DNA of 64,000 nt, taken from IMG/VR virus record IMGVR_UViG_3300009678_001576, one strand, 5' to 3'. Source of the stretch: a virus. The notes under the pieces are model-generated. The model saw only the letters and a list, made by a program, of their open reading frames with translations. It ran no database searches and was not told where the DNA came from. Of the stretch, positions 51,171-61,651 are shown piece after piece. Positions within the stretch are counted from its first letter, which is position 1. Every line of letters begins with the position of its first letter. The translations under genes were made by a program, and so were the position numbers.

Positions 51171-54100
51171 TTACATCGCTCCAATATTATTATTTTCTAA
51201 TCGTTCCAATACTAGAGAATTAGCACCATTATAGGAATTGATTTTGCAAACTGCTCTAACAGGTTTTCCTATATCAAGCAATTCTTTATATTTATTCCAT
51301 TGTTCTGGCCAAACAGTTAGTTGAACGGCATCATTATTTAGGTCCATCAACACTACTTTAGCAAACACTCGGCCCTTATTCTTGCCATTTTTAAGCTTCA
51401 TCTCTTTAATATCAGAAACAATTGATTCTGTTCTTATTAATACACCTTCTGTCATGGTTTTAACCCGTGTTAGTGGAGTTACGCCCTTACCAGTAAAGAA
51501 ACCATTATACACATCATTAATATTACCAGAAATGTATTCACCTAGGGTAACTTTTTCGCCCTCAAGCTTTTCTCTCATTGCAAATTCTTCTTCAAGTCCA
51601 TCGCAAGTGAAGGTAAAACCCTTTAAGCGGTCTAACTCATCTATACCTTCTTCGGCCTTACCATTGCCATATTTGTTAGCTTTGGTTCTAATATCCTGAT
51701 AAAAAGTCCAGGCGGCCTTGCGGGTTATGCCTAATTTATCAAAACACCCGGCCAATGCCAGAGCTTGAATAACGTTCTTCTTAACAACTCTAGAATTAGT
51801 TCTGTATAAGAAGTCAGCAAAGTTCTTGAATGGTGCCTTATTGCGGGCTTCCATTATACTTTGGACGGCTGAACCACCAACGCCCTTTACAGCGTCTAGA
51901 CCAGTTACGATAGTATCCTTGGTTAATACTTTGAAAGAATATCCACTGAAGTTTATGTCAGGTTGTATAATCTTCAAGCCCAAACGTTCTGCTTCTTTCT
52001 TGTAAGCTCTGATATTAGAATCACGAGCAGTTGAATTTTTATTGGTTTCGGCCTGTAAAACTGCCGCCATAAATGCTGCCGGAAAGTAGTGCTTGTAGTA
52101 AGCGGTATGATAACCATTAATACTATAAAATATTCCGTGTGCCTTATTAAATCCATAGCCAGAGAATGGTTCTATAATGCCATCCCAAATATTAGCAACT
52201 TCATGTTCTTGAAGTTTAGCATGCTTCATACCATCGGCTATAAATTCAGCTCTTAGTCTGATTGCCAAGTCTTTACCCTTTTCTTTTAGTTTGGTAAGCT
52301 TGCGCAATCCGTCAGCTTTATTTAAATCCCATCCAGCAACCGCATTTGCTAATTTTGCTAGTTGTTCCTCATATACACATTCGCCAAGTGTTTCAGCCAA
52401 GGGTGCTCTCAAACACTCATATTTGAATGATACCTTTTCTTTACCATCTCTTCTTGCAATATAAGTTTCGCGAGATTCTTTGGCAGATGGACGACCAAGG
52501 GCATTAACCAAACTTAAATCTTCTATACTCTTTGGCTTGATTTGCTTGCACAAGGCCTTCATGTGAGACGATCCCATTTGGAATACACACATTGTTCTGC
52601 CCTTAGCAATATCATCCCAAACTGCCGGGTCGTTAAATTTAATGTCTTCTGGGCTAGGACAATCCATTCCCAACAAGCGAGCATTCTCGATAGTATTTTC
52701 AATAATACGAAGATGCTCTAAACCTAGTAAGTCCATTTTAATAAGACCCATTTCTTCGCAACGATTCTTTTCATATTGAACTGCAATCGCGCCGTTTTTA
52801 TCTATCCTTAACGGAACATAAGTTGGTAAAGCAATATCACTAATTACTATACCAGCTGCATGAGTTGCGTAGGCCTTCTCTAATCCAACTAACTTTCTTC
52901 CAAATAATTCAAGTTCAGGATATTTAACACAAAATTCAGCAAACTCTTTTGAGCTCTTGAGGGCATCATCTATTGTTTGAGCTTCTTGCGGAATAGTATC
53001 GGTAATCTTATTAGCAATTTTAAAGGCTTCGCTTTTACTACCGCCCAATTCAAGGGAGCGGGCAATGTCTTTAATAATTACTTTCGGGGTCATTCTGCTC
53101 AAATTAGAAACGTGAGCAACCTTATCCTTACCATATTTATTGATTATATATTCTTCGACCATATCTCTGCCATTGGAACTGAAGTCAGAATCAATATCTG
53201 GAAACGATTTCTTTTCTTTATTATGAAAACGTTCAAACAACAACCCGTATTCTAATGGATCTACTGCGTGAATACCTAGTAGATTTCCTACTAGAGAGCC
53301 ACCTACAGAACCACGGCCTGGACCTACAAGGATGTTCTTGCTCTTTGCGAACTTAATGAAGTCGGACACAATCAACATATAAGAGCAGAAATTATGCATC
53401 TCAAGAACTTTAATCTCATCCATCATTCTCTGGATATACTTCTTTTTGTCTTCACCTTTTAGATGTCCGAATTTATTCTTAAATCCTTCTACACAGCGAT
53501 AGCGCATGAAAGCATGCTCTTCTGGAACAGGCTTATCAAACTTTTGAGCTGCATACCATTTTTGGAACTTGGGATAATCTGATTCACTGACGAAATCGAA
53601 CTTCGGAAATCGTGCTTCTTTAACGTCTAGATAAGTAGGCTCTACACACTTATTACCTATCTCTACTGTATTGTCACAAACTTCGGTGGCAAATTCTTTA
53701 CCAAATTTTTCTACGAAGTGATTAAAGATTATAGAACGATCCTTCATATAGAATTCTTCTACTTCGTATCTATGACGAGTCTTATCGCTGACGGGCGCCT
53801 TAGAAGATATGGCCATCAATACATCGTGTGCCTTGGCATCTTCTTTGGTCAGATAATGAATATCTGCAGTAGCAACTAATTTAACACCGAGTGACTTACC
53901 TATTTCAATAAGTTGCTTATTGATGTGATTTTGATCTACTACTATCTTTTCTTTACCATCTTTGGATAATTCAATTTCGCCAGTTCTTCTATTTCTAGCC
54001 ACTATATGTAAATTATGTGGCTGAACCTCAAGATATAAATTATCTTTGAATATTTTCTTTAGGCGCTCCACTGTGCATAAAGCATTAGTATGACAAGAAT

Positions 54101-54587
54101 CTTCTAGCCAACGTCCTTCATCATCATGAACGAACATTTGTCTGGACACTAATCCACTACCACAGGCCGTTAGACAAATGATACCCTCATTGTATTTTTC
54201 GAGCATATCCCAATCAATTTTTGGAAACACTTTGCCCAATACAGCTACGTATTGAAAGTTAGTATAACCTTCATAGTTTAGCATCAACAGATTTCTATAG
54301 CCAACTTCATTGCTTGCTAGTAGAACTATATGACGTCTCTTCTGTTCTTTGTCCTTCACATCATCAACGAAATAAGCTTCCATGCCAGGAATATACTTAA
54401 CTCCGTGTTTCTTGGAGGCCTTACGAGCATCAAATACCGCTGCCATAGTACCATGGTCGGTAATTGCTAGTGCTGGCTGCCCTATTTCAGCAGCCCTTTT
54501 AAACATAGCATCTACATTGGTCATAGCATCTTGCATACTGCCTATAGATGTGTGTGCATGTAAATGAACGAAATTATCTGTTGCCAT
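51171..54587 (-). CDS. dnaE: DNA polymerase III alpha subunit
   Basis: PHP domain HLHAHT, TDHG; PGRGS, PDIDSD, GFNKAH; C-terminal OB fold. ATG at 54587 is preferred. Confidence 0.95.
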   Translation of the reverse strand: MATDNFVHLHAHTSIGSMQDAMTNVDAMFKRAAEIGQPALAITDHGTMAAVFDARKASKKHGVKYIPGMEAYFVDDVKDKEQKRRHIVLLASNEVGYRNLLMLNYEGYTNFQYVAVLGKVFPKIDWDMLEKYNEGIICLTACGSGLVSRQMFVHDDEGRWLEDSCHTNALCTVERLKKIFKDNLYLEVQPHNLHIVARNRRTGEIELSKDGKEKIVVDQNHINKQLIEIGKSLGVKLVATADIHYLTKEDAKAHDVLMAISSKAPVSDKTRHRYEVEEFYMKDRSIIFNHFVEKFGKEFATEVCDNTVEIGNKCVEPTYLDVKEARFPKFDFVSESDYPKFQKWYAAQKFDKPVPEEHAFMRYRCVEGFKNKFGHLKGEDKKKYIQRMMDEIKVLEMHNFCSYMLIVSDFIKFAKSKNILVGPGRGSVGGSLVGNLLGIHAVDPLEYGLLFERFHNKEKKSFPDIDSDFSSNGRDMVEEYIINKYGKDKVAHVSNLSRMTPKVIIKDIARSLELGGSKSEAFKIANKITDTIPQEAQTIDDALKSSKEFAEFCVKYPELELFGRKLVGLEKAYATHAAGIVISDIALPTYVPLRIDKNGAIAVQYEKNRCEEMGLIKMDLLGLEHLRIIENTIENARLLGMDCPSPEDIKFNDPAVWDDIAKGRTMCVFQMGSSHMKALCKQIKPKSIEDLSLVNALGRPSAKESRETYIARRDGKEKVSFKYECLRAPLAETLGECVYEEQLAKLANAVAGWDLNKADGLRKLTKLKEKGKDLAIRLRAEFIADGMKHAKLQEHEVANIWDGIIEPFSGYGFNKAHGIFYSINGYHTAYYKHYFPAAFMAAVLQAETNKNSTARDSNIRAYKKEAERLGLKIIQPDINFSGYSFKVLTKDTIVTGLDAVKGVGGSAVQSIMEARNKAPFKNFADFLYRTNSRVVKKNVIQALALAGCFDKLGITRKAAWTFYQDIRTKANKYGNGKAEEGIDELDRLKGFTFTCDGLEEEFAMREKLEGEKVTLGEYISGNINDVYNGFFTGKGVTPLTRVKTMTEGVLIRTESIVSDIKEMKLKNGKNKGRVFAKVVLMDLNNDAVQLTVWPEQWNKYKELLDIGKPVRAVCKINSYNGANSLVLERLENNNIGAM

Positions 54588-54588
54588 C

Positions 54589-54936
54589 TTACTCATCACC
54601 TAAAACTATACTAATGTCTAACTTTGTAGTCATCCACTCGGCTAATTTTTTATCAAATTCAATCTTTCGATCGATTGTTTGCAAATCTGCTATATCCAAT
54701 TCTTTTGGCATAGAGAATTTAACAATATTTTTTTCTAACTTGCCTTCGATTGTAAATCCATCAGGAGATTCTATTTTTAATAATCTAATAGAGCCTAACG
54801 GATATTTTGGCGATCCAAAACTGGTCATATACTTTACAATATCTTTATCTATTCTACAAGGTAAGGTATATTGTAAATTTACGCAGGTTGAACATCTGGT
54901 TCTTTCTACTTTTACTACTTCAGAAAATTGGACCAT
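54589..54936 (-). CDS. Hypothetical protein (115 aa)
   Basis: ORF track; its stop lies 2 nt before the dnaE start. Confidence 0.75.
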   Translation of the reverse strand: MVQFSEVVKVERTRCSTCVNLQYTLPCRIDKDIVKYMTSFGSPKYPLGSIRLLKIESPDGFTIEGKLEKNIVKFSMPKELDIADLQTIDRKIEFDKKLAEWMTTKLDISIVLGDE

Positions 54937-54993
54937 TTAGCCACCATAATAAAAAAGAGTATGAAGTTTTAAGGCCTCATACTCTTTCGGAAT

Positions 54994-55212
54994 TTAGGAT
55001 TTCTTTGCTACAAAAAGGGAGAGACCGACTTCGGTTTCCCCGGTAGCGTGATCTAGTAATGCTTTCATTACCTGACCAACATCGCACTCGCCGGCTGTGA
55101 TTTCTGCTACGCTTGCTTCGAGAACTACGCGCAACTTTTCATCTTCCTTGCCTTTCTTTACTGAATAATTTAATACCTTAAATCCACCTACTGCTTGCTT
55201 TACATCACTCAC
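54994..55212 (-). CDS. Hypothetical protein (72 aa)
   Basis: GTGA overlap with the tig stop. Confidence 0.7.
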   Translation of the reverse strand: MSDVKQAVGGFKVLNYSVKKGKEDEKLRVVLEASVAEITAGECDVGQVMKALLDHATGETEVGLSLFVAKKS

Positions 55213-56498
55213 TTGCTTACCTCTTCTGCGCCTTTAGAGCGCTCTATAATAAAATCAATTACCTTCTTTGCTCTTAATACATGAACAAAGGAATCCATTT
55301 GTTTGGTGTTATACAACATACTCACAAATTCGTCTTTTGTCTTTTGATACTTAGTAGCAAACTCTTCTAACAACTTGTCTAGTTCATCTGGATTAATTTC
55401 CATACTTGGCTCTTTATCATAAACAGCATCTATTAGTATAGAGCGCTCTGCATTGTATTTAGCCAATCCCTCTATGCTTTTTAAAAGAGATTCATTAACT
55501 TGGTCAGCCTTAACCCCAGCCTGTTGAAGTATTTTACTTTGCTCAACTCTTATCATAGAGTCTGGAACATCCACTTTATTAAGAGTCTTGAGCTTGTCTA
55601 TAATTTGCTTTTCGATTTGAGCACGAAATCTGCTTTCAATCTCTTGCTTTACATCACCCCTTAATTTGGCTTCCATCTCTTCTACAGTCTGATGCCCAAC
55701 CATAAGAGCCAAATCATTATCTACATTGGCTAGCTTACTTTCAATTATTGAATGAACCTTAATTTCAAAATCAGCTTCTTTCCCTGCTAAATGTTTAGCC
55801 TTGTAATCTTCTGGGAATTTAACCTTAATGGTCTTAGTTTCTTCTGCCTTCATACCAACCATTTGTTCTTCAAATCCTGGTATGAAATTAGATTGTCCTA
55901 ATTTGTTAATGGCATATCCTTCTGCCGAGCCACCATTAAAAGGCATACCATCCAACATGCCTTTAAAATCTATTACCAGAGCATCACCTAATTGAGCGCC
56001 ACGGTCAGTTATTTGAATTCTTTCAGCAAACTGCTCACGTTGGGTCATTAACTTGGTTTCATATTCTGCTTGTTCATCGAATGTTGGCTTTTCTAATACA
56101 AGACCGTCATATCCCGTTGGGTCTAGTTTTGGCAACACATCGACTAGTATATCTACAGTGTATGAGTTATCTTTATTAAATACTCCGGGATATTGAGCAT
56201 CATTACTTAAATTATCGAAAGTTGGATTTCCTACAGGATTAATGTTGTTGTCTCTTATTACTTTAGTATATTGTTCTGATAACAACATCTGAGATACGGT
56301 AGATTTAGCACGATCGCCGAAATGAAGCTTTAGGGCACTAACTGGAACCTTACCCTTTCTAAATCCATTTATCTGAACGTCTTTCTGTATGCTTCTAAAA
56401 AATTCATCAAATTTCTTATCTACATTCTCGGCGGATATTGAAATAGATATTTTCTTTTTAATATTGCTTACGTCTTCTATCTTTACTTGGTCTTCCAT
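55209..56498 (-). CDS. tig: Trigger factor (ribosome-associated chaperone, FKBP PPIase)
   Basis: GFRKGKVP signature; GDALVIDFKG..F.GG; FIPGFEEQM; FPEDY. Confidence 0.93.
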   Translation of the reverse strand: MEDQVKIEDVSNIKKKISISISAENVDKKFDEFFRSIQKDVQINGFRKGKVPVSALKLHFGDRAKSTVSQMLLSEQYTKVIRDNNINPVGNPTFDNLSNDAQYPGVFNKDNSYTVDILVDVLPKLDPTGYDGLVLEKPTFDEQAEYETKLMTQREQFAERIQITDRGAQLGDALVIDFKGMLDGMPFNGGSAEGYAINKLGQSNFIPGFEEQMVGMKAEETKTIKVKFPEDYKAKHLAGKEADFEIKVHSIIESKLANVDNDLALMVGHQTVEEMEAKLRGDVKQEIESRFRAQIEKQIIDKLKTLNKVDVPDSMIRVEQSKILQQAGVKADQVNESLLKSIEGLAKYNAERSILIDAVYDKEPSMEINPDELDKLLEEFATKYQKTKDEFVSMLYNTKQMDSFVHVLRAKKVIDFIIERSKGAEEVSK

Positions 56499-56506
56499 TT
56501 GTATTC

Positions 56507-57229
56507 TTACCTCTTCATATTAAGTTGATTCATAAATTGACTTCTATAACGGTCTAGTTGTTTTTCAAAAGCACCACCGCGAGGAATGCCACGATCTGTT
56601 GATTGTTCAATCCTTTTAGGGTCTAATAGTTTCAGTCTCTTTAGTTCGTCTAGTTTAGCAATCCAGAATCTATATATTGATTCTTTATTTGGAGCAAATT
56701 CATACTTTGTTCTTAAACTACCCACAGCATCAATTACTGGTAAAGCCGAATCTTGTGATAGGCTATTGTAATAATCAGATACTGCCGCTTTTAAAGCCCA
56801 TCTTTCCAGCCCTGTTGGGGTTGGTTTAACAGATTGGCGAGACCATTCTTCATTAGCATTATTCTCTAGTATTTCCTTTAAATGCCCTAGAGTTGGTAGT
56901 GCTATTGGCTGCTGCGGAACTGCTTGTGGTGCAACAGCCGGATCTACCAAATTTTGTTCCATCGCAGATGTCTCTATACCAAGTTCGGCAGTGATTGTCA
57001 AGCAGTCAGAGCAATTATCTGAGCCATCGTGCCTGGTTTCATGAATAAATTCAAGGATTTCCCTTGGACTATAAATATTTAAGTCCGCGTTAATTATGGC
57101 ACGTTCTAGGGCCATTCTTTTAAATATATCTATACGTCTAGCAAAGTTAGAACCCTTTAACTGCTTATCGTATTTAATTAGATTTTTTCTTGCTAAAATC
57201 TTATGTTTTTTAACAAAGTCATTTAACAT
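56507..57229 (-). CDS. Hypothetical protein
   Basis: ATG at 57229 follows the sigma-like gene stop. Confidence 0.8.
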   Translation of the reverse strand: MLNDFVKKHKILARKNLIKYDKQLKGSNFARRIDIFKRMALERAIINADLNIYSPREILEFIHETRHDGSDNCSDCLTITAELGIETSAMEQNLVDPAVAPQAVPQQPIALPTLGHLKEILENNANEEWSRQSVKPTPTGLERWALKAAVSDYYNSLSQDSALPVIDAVGSLRTKYEFAPNKESIYRFWIAKLDELKRLKLLDPKRIEQSTDRGIPRGGAFEKQLDRYRSQFMNQLNMKR

Positions 57230-57230
57230 G

Positions 57231-58070
57231 TTATAAACCAAATATTTCTTTTATTTTTTTATTCTTTCTTAGATTTTTTAATTTTATATTAGCTCCAGCA
57301 TTAGATATACCAGCTTCTGCTGCCGCTTCTTTAATCGAATAATCATGAAAACAAATTAATTCAATTACCTTAATCATCCTGGGGTCTTCATCCTTAAGCC
57401 ATTCTCTAAAGTCATGTCTAGATATAATGTTATCTTCGCTTAAGTCTTTTGGATCCCCGAATATATTAGTGTTTTTTATCATATTCTCTGTAGTATGCGG
57501 ATAGGACTCATCTGATATTTCCATAGCACTTTCTATAGGAAGTTCGGCATGACTAATTGCTCTTTTGGCCGCTGTGCCTAAACTAGAGCCGCATTCAGCG
57601 CATTCTCTATCTGACATATCTTCATCTGAATTTAATGTTATAGAAAAAGAACCACCACAAGAGCAAGTGACCGTATAGCTTTGGACATTCAACATAGTAG
57701 CGTTTCTATAAAATCTACTGTCATCTCTTATCTCATTTATGAGTCTTCGATTAATTCTCATCTGTAAGAAAGTGGATAGTTTGATTTCTTTTCTTGGATC
57801 AAATTTGGACATGCCCTCTATGATATGCAGAGACACATGCTGTTTGGCGTCCTCAAATGTAAAACCACTAAAATTATATTTAGTTGCCAAATATTTAATA
57901 AGCTTGGACATCTTAACTATTATTTTATCGTATCCAGTGCCATCCCTAGTATCTACATAGATAGCCTCATTATCGACAGTAATCCATCCAGCAAAACCAA
58001 GATAATCATTTGTATTAGTATCAGTAAAGATTTCTAATTCTTTATCTTTATTTGCGTTAATAGTTTTCAT
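57231..58070 (-). CDS. Sigma-70 family-like factor with an internal zinc ribbon
   Basis: Region 2-like EDAKQH..EGMSKFDP..STF..RINRRLI, CSC..CAEC, region 4 HTH YSIKEAAAEAGIS. Confidence 0.7.
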   Translation of the reverse strand: MKTINANKDKELEIFTDTNTNDYLGFAGWITVDNEAIYVDTRDGTGYDKIIVKMSKLIKYLATKYNFSGFTFEDAKQHVSLHIIEGMSKFDPRKEIKLSTFLQMRINRRLINEIRDDSRFYRNATMLNVQSYTVTCSCGGSFSITLNSDEDMSDRECAECGSSLGTAAKRAISHAELPIESAMEISDESYPHTTENMIKNTNIFGDPKDLSEDNIISRHDFREWLKDEDPRMIKVIELICFHDYSIKEAAAEAGISNAGANIKLKNLRKNKKIKEIFGL

Positions 58071-58078
58071 TCATTCTC

Positions 58079-58873
58079 CTACCATGCTGTATGGGCTGGA
58101 CAAATTTCTTTAAAATCACACCAATTACAGAGCTTAGATGGAACTGGCACCCAAGTGTTTTCGGCGCCTATTTTCTCCGCATAACCTATAACTTGCTTCT
58201 CTGTTTTATCTAAATCAAAGGCATTAAATTCATATTCTTTGTATTTTGAGTTATGTCTCAATAAAACATAAGATGCCTTATAACTGTCTATGTTTCCAAA
58301 TTCTTGTCTTAACCATAAGCCGTAGATTAGCAATTGAAATGGTTCTAAATAATATTCATTCTTAGTTGTTTTATAATCAACTATATGAAATCTTCCATCT
58401 TTAATAACATCTAAACGGTCAATGAACCCTCTTATAAGAATATCCTCTCTTATCTTGAAGGTAAAGGCACTTTCTACGCCCTTAACCATTGGCATACCTG
58501 ACTTGGATACATTCTTTAAATACCCCATCAATAGATTGTAAGCCTCTTCAATCATCTTGTCTTCTAGTTTCTTTCCTAATGAGGCGCGAGCTTCAGTGAA
58601 GGCATGTTTCATTAGCTTACTTAATGAACCCTTATTGGTACCCTCTTCCATGTATATTTTATGGAAGACCTCTAAAGCCTTGTGGCAAAGATTACCTAAA
58701 TCGAAATGATCCCATTCTTTCTTTGGAGCCTTTTCAATATAAGTAAAAAAATACTTACGAGGGCATTGTTCATAGGTCTTCATGGCACTTGCTGATAACT
58801 TGATTATCTGGGGCTCTTTATCGTGCGCTTCGTCTATTATTTCTTTTTCCCCATCTACAATTTTTAATGTCAT
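58079..58873 (-). CDS. PD-(D/E)xK nuclease, Cas4/AddB-like with Fe-S cysteines
   Basis: SASAMKTYEQCPRKY, GFIDRLD, VDYKT, QLLIY, CNWCDFKEIC. Confidence 0.85.
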   Translation of the reverse strand: MTLKIVDGEKEIIDEAHDKEPQIIKLSASAMKTYEQCPRKYFFTYIEKAPKKEWDHFDLGNLCHKALEVFHKIYMEEGTNKGSLSKLMKHAFTEARASLGKKLEDKMIEEAYNLLMGYLKNVSKSGMPMVKGVESAFTFKIREDILIRGFIDRLDVIKDGRFHIVDYKTTKNEYYLEPFQLLIYGLWLRQEFGNIDSYKASYVLLRHNSKYKEYEFNAFDLDKTEKQVIGYAEKIGAENTWVPVPSKLCNWCDFKEICPAHTAW

Positions 58874-58881
58874 TTTTTCCT

Positions 58882-59763
58882 TTAAAAGCTAGTTTGTCTT
58901 CCGTCGCGACCCAACCATTTAAACACCAATGGTATAGTATAGAAAGAGCCGGTTAGCATGAAAATGTTACTTGGAAGGGTTTGTATATTTTTAACATATC
59001 TTCCTTCATTATGATCGAAGTAATAACCAACCATTGTATTAGTTTTTGGACTGTAGAATCGTCTAACGAAGCCGCCGCTGACATAAGTAGCTTGTGGGTC
59101 TCGTAGTCTTTTTCCGCCAAATTCTTTATAAATATTAGACAGGGAACCAAATGGTCTCGGCATTAACTTAACATCATTATCTATTCTATTGTCTATGACT
59201 ATCATTCGTGCGGTTGGATTGAAAAATTCTGCTTTTTCTGGAGTAGAGAAAGGTTGAAAATTATTATCCTCAAATGTAGGATTAGTATTTTCGTCTGGTA
59301 TATTGACCTCTACAAGCAGTCCTAATTCTGTGCCATCAGCTTCGCGCTCGCTCTCTATAAAGTCATATTCAGATGGATCTACATCCAAGAAGCGCGCTGG
59401 TAAGCCATCAGCATCAAAGCCAGTTATAAGGTCAAATCCACTATTGGCCCTGTCTTGCACTATTCCCTCAGCAGATATAAACCTAGCAACATTTATACTA
59501 GTAACATCTGGCGCAAAGGTTTGTGTCAAAGTCGGACCAACTTCATCCTCACTATCAACACCAAAGGCACTTAAAGTAATTGAATTGAATCCAGTTGGTA
59601 GTACAACACCATCTATATATATAGGAGAGTCTGGGGTAGGTGATGAGCCGTCTATAGTAAAATAAATTGTAGCAGGAATATTTGACTCTATAGTTACACT
59701 CTCAGGTATTCCAGAAGATATTTCTGTTTCAGACCTTATAAATGTAAGTGTAACTACGGCCAT
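58882..59763 (-). CDS. Protein with an N-terminal Fn3/chitobiase-like Ig domain
   Basis: ATIYFTIDGSSPTPDSPIY motif. Confidence 0.65.
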   Translation of the reverse strand: MAVVTLTFIRSETEISSGIPESVTIESNIPATIYFTIDGSSPTPDSPIYIDGVVLPTGFNSITLSAFGVDSEDEVGPTLTQTFAPDVTSINVARFISAEGIVQDRANSGFDLITGFDADGLPARFLDVDPSEYDFIESEREADGTELGLLVEVNIPDENTNPTFEDNNFQPFSTPEKAEFFNPTARMIVIDNRIDNDVKLMPRPFGSLSNIYKEFGGKRLRDPQATYVSGGFVRRFYSPKTNTMVGYYFDHNEGRYVKNIQTLPSNIFMLTGSFYTIPLVFKWLGRDGRQTSF

Positions 59764-59766
59764 TTA

Positions 59767-60150
59767 TTATAATTCCTTGGGATGAAATGTGGCAGGTGCC
59801 TCTTTAGTGTCATGAATAACTCTTAAGAATCTTTCATCATTTCTTTCTTTACCATTTTTTATATAAACAAATTGAGATTCGTGAGCTAGACGACGCAGCA
59901 TAGATGCTAATATATAATACACATCTTTAGTTTGTTTTGCTTCGTCTGAATCTTCGGCATTTATTTCTCTTCCAAATTGCAAGATAGTTTCTTGCATATC
60001 CATGAGCATTAAATCCATTTCTTCAGAAGTTACCATCATTGCTGCCACTTTACCCTTCATAAGCTCATACATATTATCTGGACCATTATGTACTAATCCA
60101 GATACTAGGGCCTCTACTTCATTATTAGCTAATACATATTTAGTTCTCAT
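59767..60150 (-). CDS. Hypothetical protein (127 aa)
   Basis: Coupled start; codon pattern like its neighbours. Confidence 0.75.
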   Translation of the reverse strand: MRTKYVLANNEVEALVSGLVHNGPDNMYELMKGKVAAMMVTSEEMDLMLMDMQETILQFGREINAEDSDEAKQTKDVYYILASMLRRLAHESQFVYIKNGKERNDERFLRVIHDTKEAPATFHPKEL

Positions 60151-60749
60151 GTTAATTCTTTTACCTTTGTAAGAGCCTCATCGTATGATTTAACCCTGTA
60201 AATCAAACTGGCGTCGTTTGGTTGCTGGTTCCATGCTCTATCCATTAGAACGCATTTAATTCCGTGGTCAGCGCCATATTGGACTGTAACTAATTTATCT
60301 TCTATTAGAATAGGAATATCGAACGTTTTACAAAAATCTATTTTCTTATGCTCAAAGTATATTTTCTCTACTGGCATTCCATTTTGTTCGAACCAAGCAT
60401 AAGTATCCTTTTGCACCCTATCCACTACACTTTCTGGAAAGATTTGTCTATAATCACCAACTCTGGCAGTAACTATATATATATTGCAGTGATCTACCAA
60501 ATCTAAAACGAAATCTCTAGCGCCATCGTAAATTGGAATATTCAGCATTCCACCGCTCATTATCCAATCCATACTGGCTTTATTTGTATCTACATTTGCT
60601 AGATTTGGGCCCCACTCTCTAAAGACATAACTGCTGGGCTCTACATTCATATCAAGCCCAGCGTTATAGTTTTTATTTAAAAAGTCCCCGAAACCATGAT
60701 AGAAGTTTGCTAAAACTCCATCTATGTCTAACAACAGCTTTGGTTTCAT
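60147..60749 (-). CDS. HAD-family 5'(3')-deoxyribonucleotidase-like protein
   Basis: LLDIDGVLANF, VTAR, IEDK. Confidence 0.8.
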   Translation of the reverse strand: MKPKLLLDIDGVLANFYHGFGDFLNKNYNAGLDMNVEPSSYVFREWGPNLANVDTNKASMDWIMSGGMLNIPIYDGARDFVLDLVDHCNIYIVTARVGDYRQIFPESVVDRVQKDTYAWFEQNGMPVEKIYFEHKKIDFCKTFDIPILIEDKLVTVQYGADHGIKCVLMDRAWNQQPNDASLIYRVKSYDEALTKVKELT

Positions 60750-60945
60750 TTTTATTCTTTCCTTTATCTTCTACTTTTAAATACGGGTAGTAATGTATTG
60801 TTTTATGGTCTGGCTGTATGCGACATTTCGCTAGGAATACAGCATATTTTTCTTCACACTTATTATCATAGTAATAATCGATGGCCTTCATAACAACATC
60901 TCTTTTACTTTTGCCAACGAACTTAACAAAGTATTGAGCCATCAT
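60673..60945 (-). CDS. Hypothetical protein (90 aa)
   Basis: ORF track, GAGG SD; overlaps the HAD gene start. Confidence 0.65.
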   Translation of the reverse strand: MMAQYFVKFVGKSKRDVVMKAIDYYYDNKCEEKYAVFLAKCRIQPDHKTIHYYPYLKVEDKGKNKNETKAVVRHRWSFSKLLSWFRGLFK

Positions 60946-60969
60946 TCGCCTCCATAAGAGGCTATAGCA

Positions 60970-61638
60970 TCAGGTTCGTCTCTGCGAAACTTCGAACTGA
61001 GACAAGTATTTTGATACCATAGACCTCCGTGTAATTGAGTCACCCGTATATTCGGGTATATCCATAATATCCTCCTCTAAAAAGAAATCGTCTAAATATT
61101 TATTTAGATAGTATAAACCGCTTTCTTTATTTTGTATGAGGCTTATCTCTCTATTTTCTAAACAATACGTCATCAGTTCTATGGACAGCTTTGAGTTTAG
61201 TAGGCCGCCCTCTTCATCAAAATCATCAACCAATGGCTGATCCGACTTTGATACATAATACACTCTTCTTATGGTATGTGAATTTTCTTTATAATAACGA
61301 AAGGCATCTAGCTCTTCGGGAGTCCGTATATCAGTAATAACAACGGATTTGGTTGATTTAATAGCATCTTCCATAACCCTTCGTACGAAATATAGAGGGT
61401 CTTTTTCTCTCTTTTCTTCGCTAAAATCCCATAATTCTTGTCTAACTCGGGCAATATCACCTGATATCTTGGCTAACTCAAAGTCTTCCTTGCTGATACC
61501 AAACTCTTCTTTAATTCGGTCAGCAAAGGCAAGTGTTGCAAAATCTCTTGTTTCTTGAAGGTATTTTGCTACAGAGTCCTTACCAGCTCTAGGTACGCCT
61601 ATTAGCCCAAAAATCCGTTTAATTGGAAAACCTATCAT
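60970..61638 (-). CDS. Deoxynucleoside monophosphate kinase-like P-loop protein
   Basis: GVPRAGKDSVA, FADRIK, VITDIRTPEE. Confidence 0.75.
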   Translation of the reverse strand: MIGFPIKRIFGLIGVPRAGKDSVAKYLQETRDFATLAFADRIKEEFGISKEDFELAKISGDIARVRQELWDFSEEKREKDPLYFVRRVMEDAIKSTKSVVITDIRTPEELDAFRYYKENSHTIRRVYYVSKSDQPLVDDFDEEGGLLNSKLSIELMTYCLENREISLIQNKESGLYYLNKYLDDFFLEEDIMDIPEYTGDSITRRSMVSKYLSQFEVSQRRT

Positions 61639-61651
61639 ATATAAGTCCTTT

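Noticed and set aside
30385-54587. Inteins or introns in terL, recA or dnaE
   Set aside because: Protein lengths are ordinary, and no intein N- or C-terminal motifs or homing endonuclease motifs were seen. The terL CxxC insert is small.
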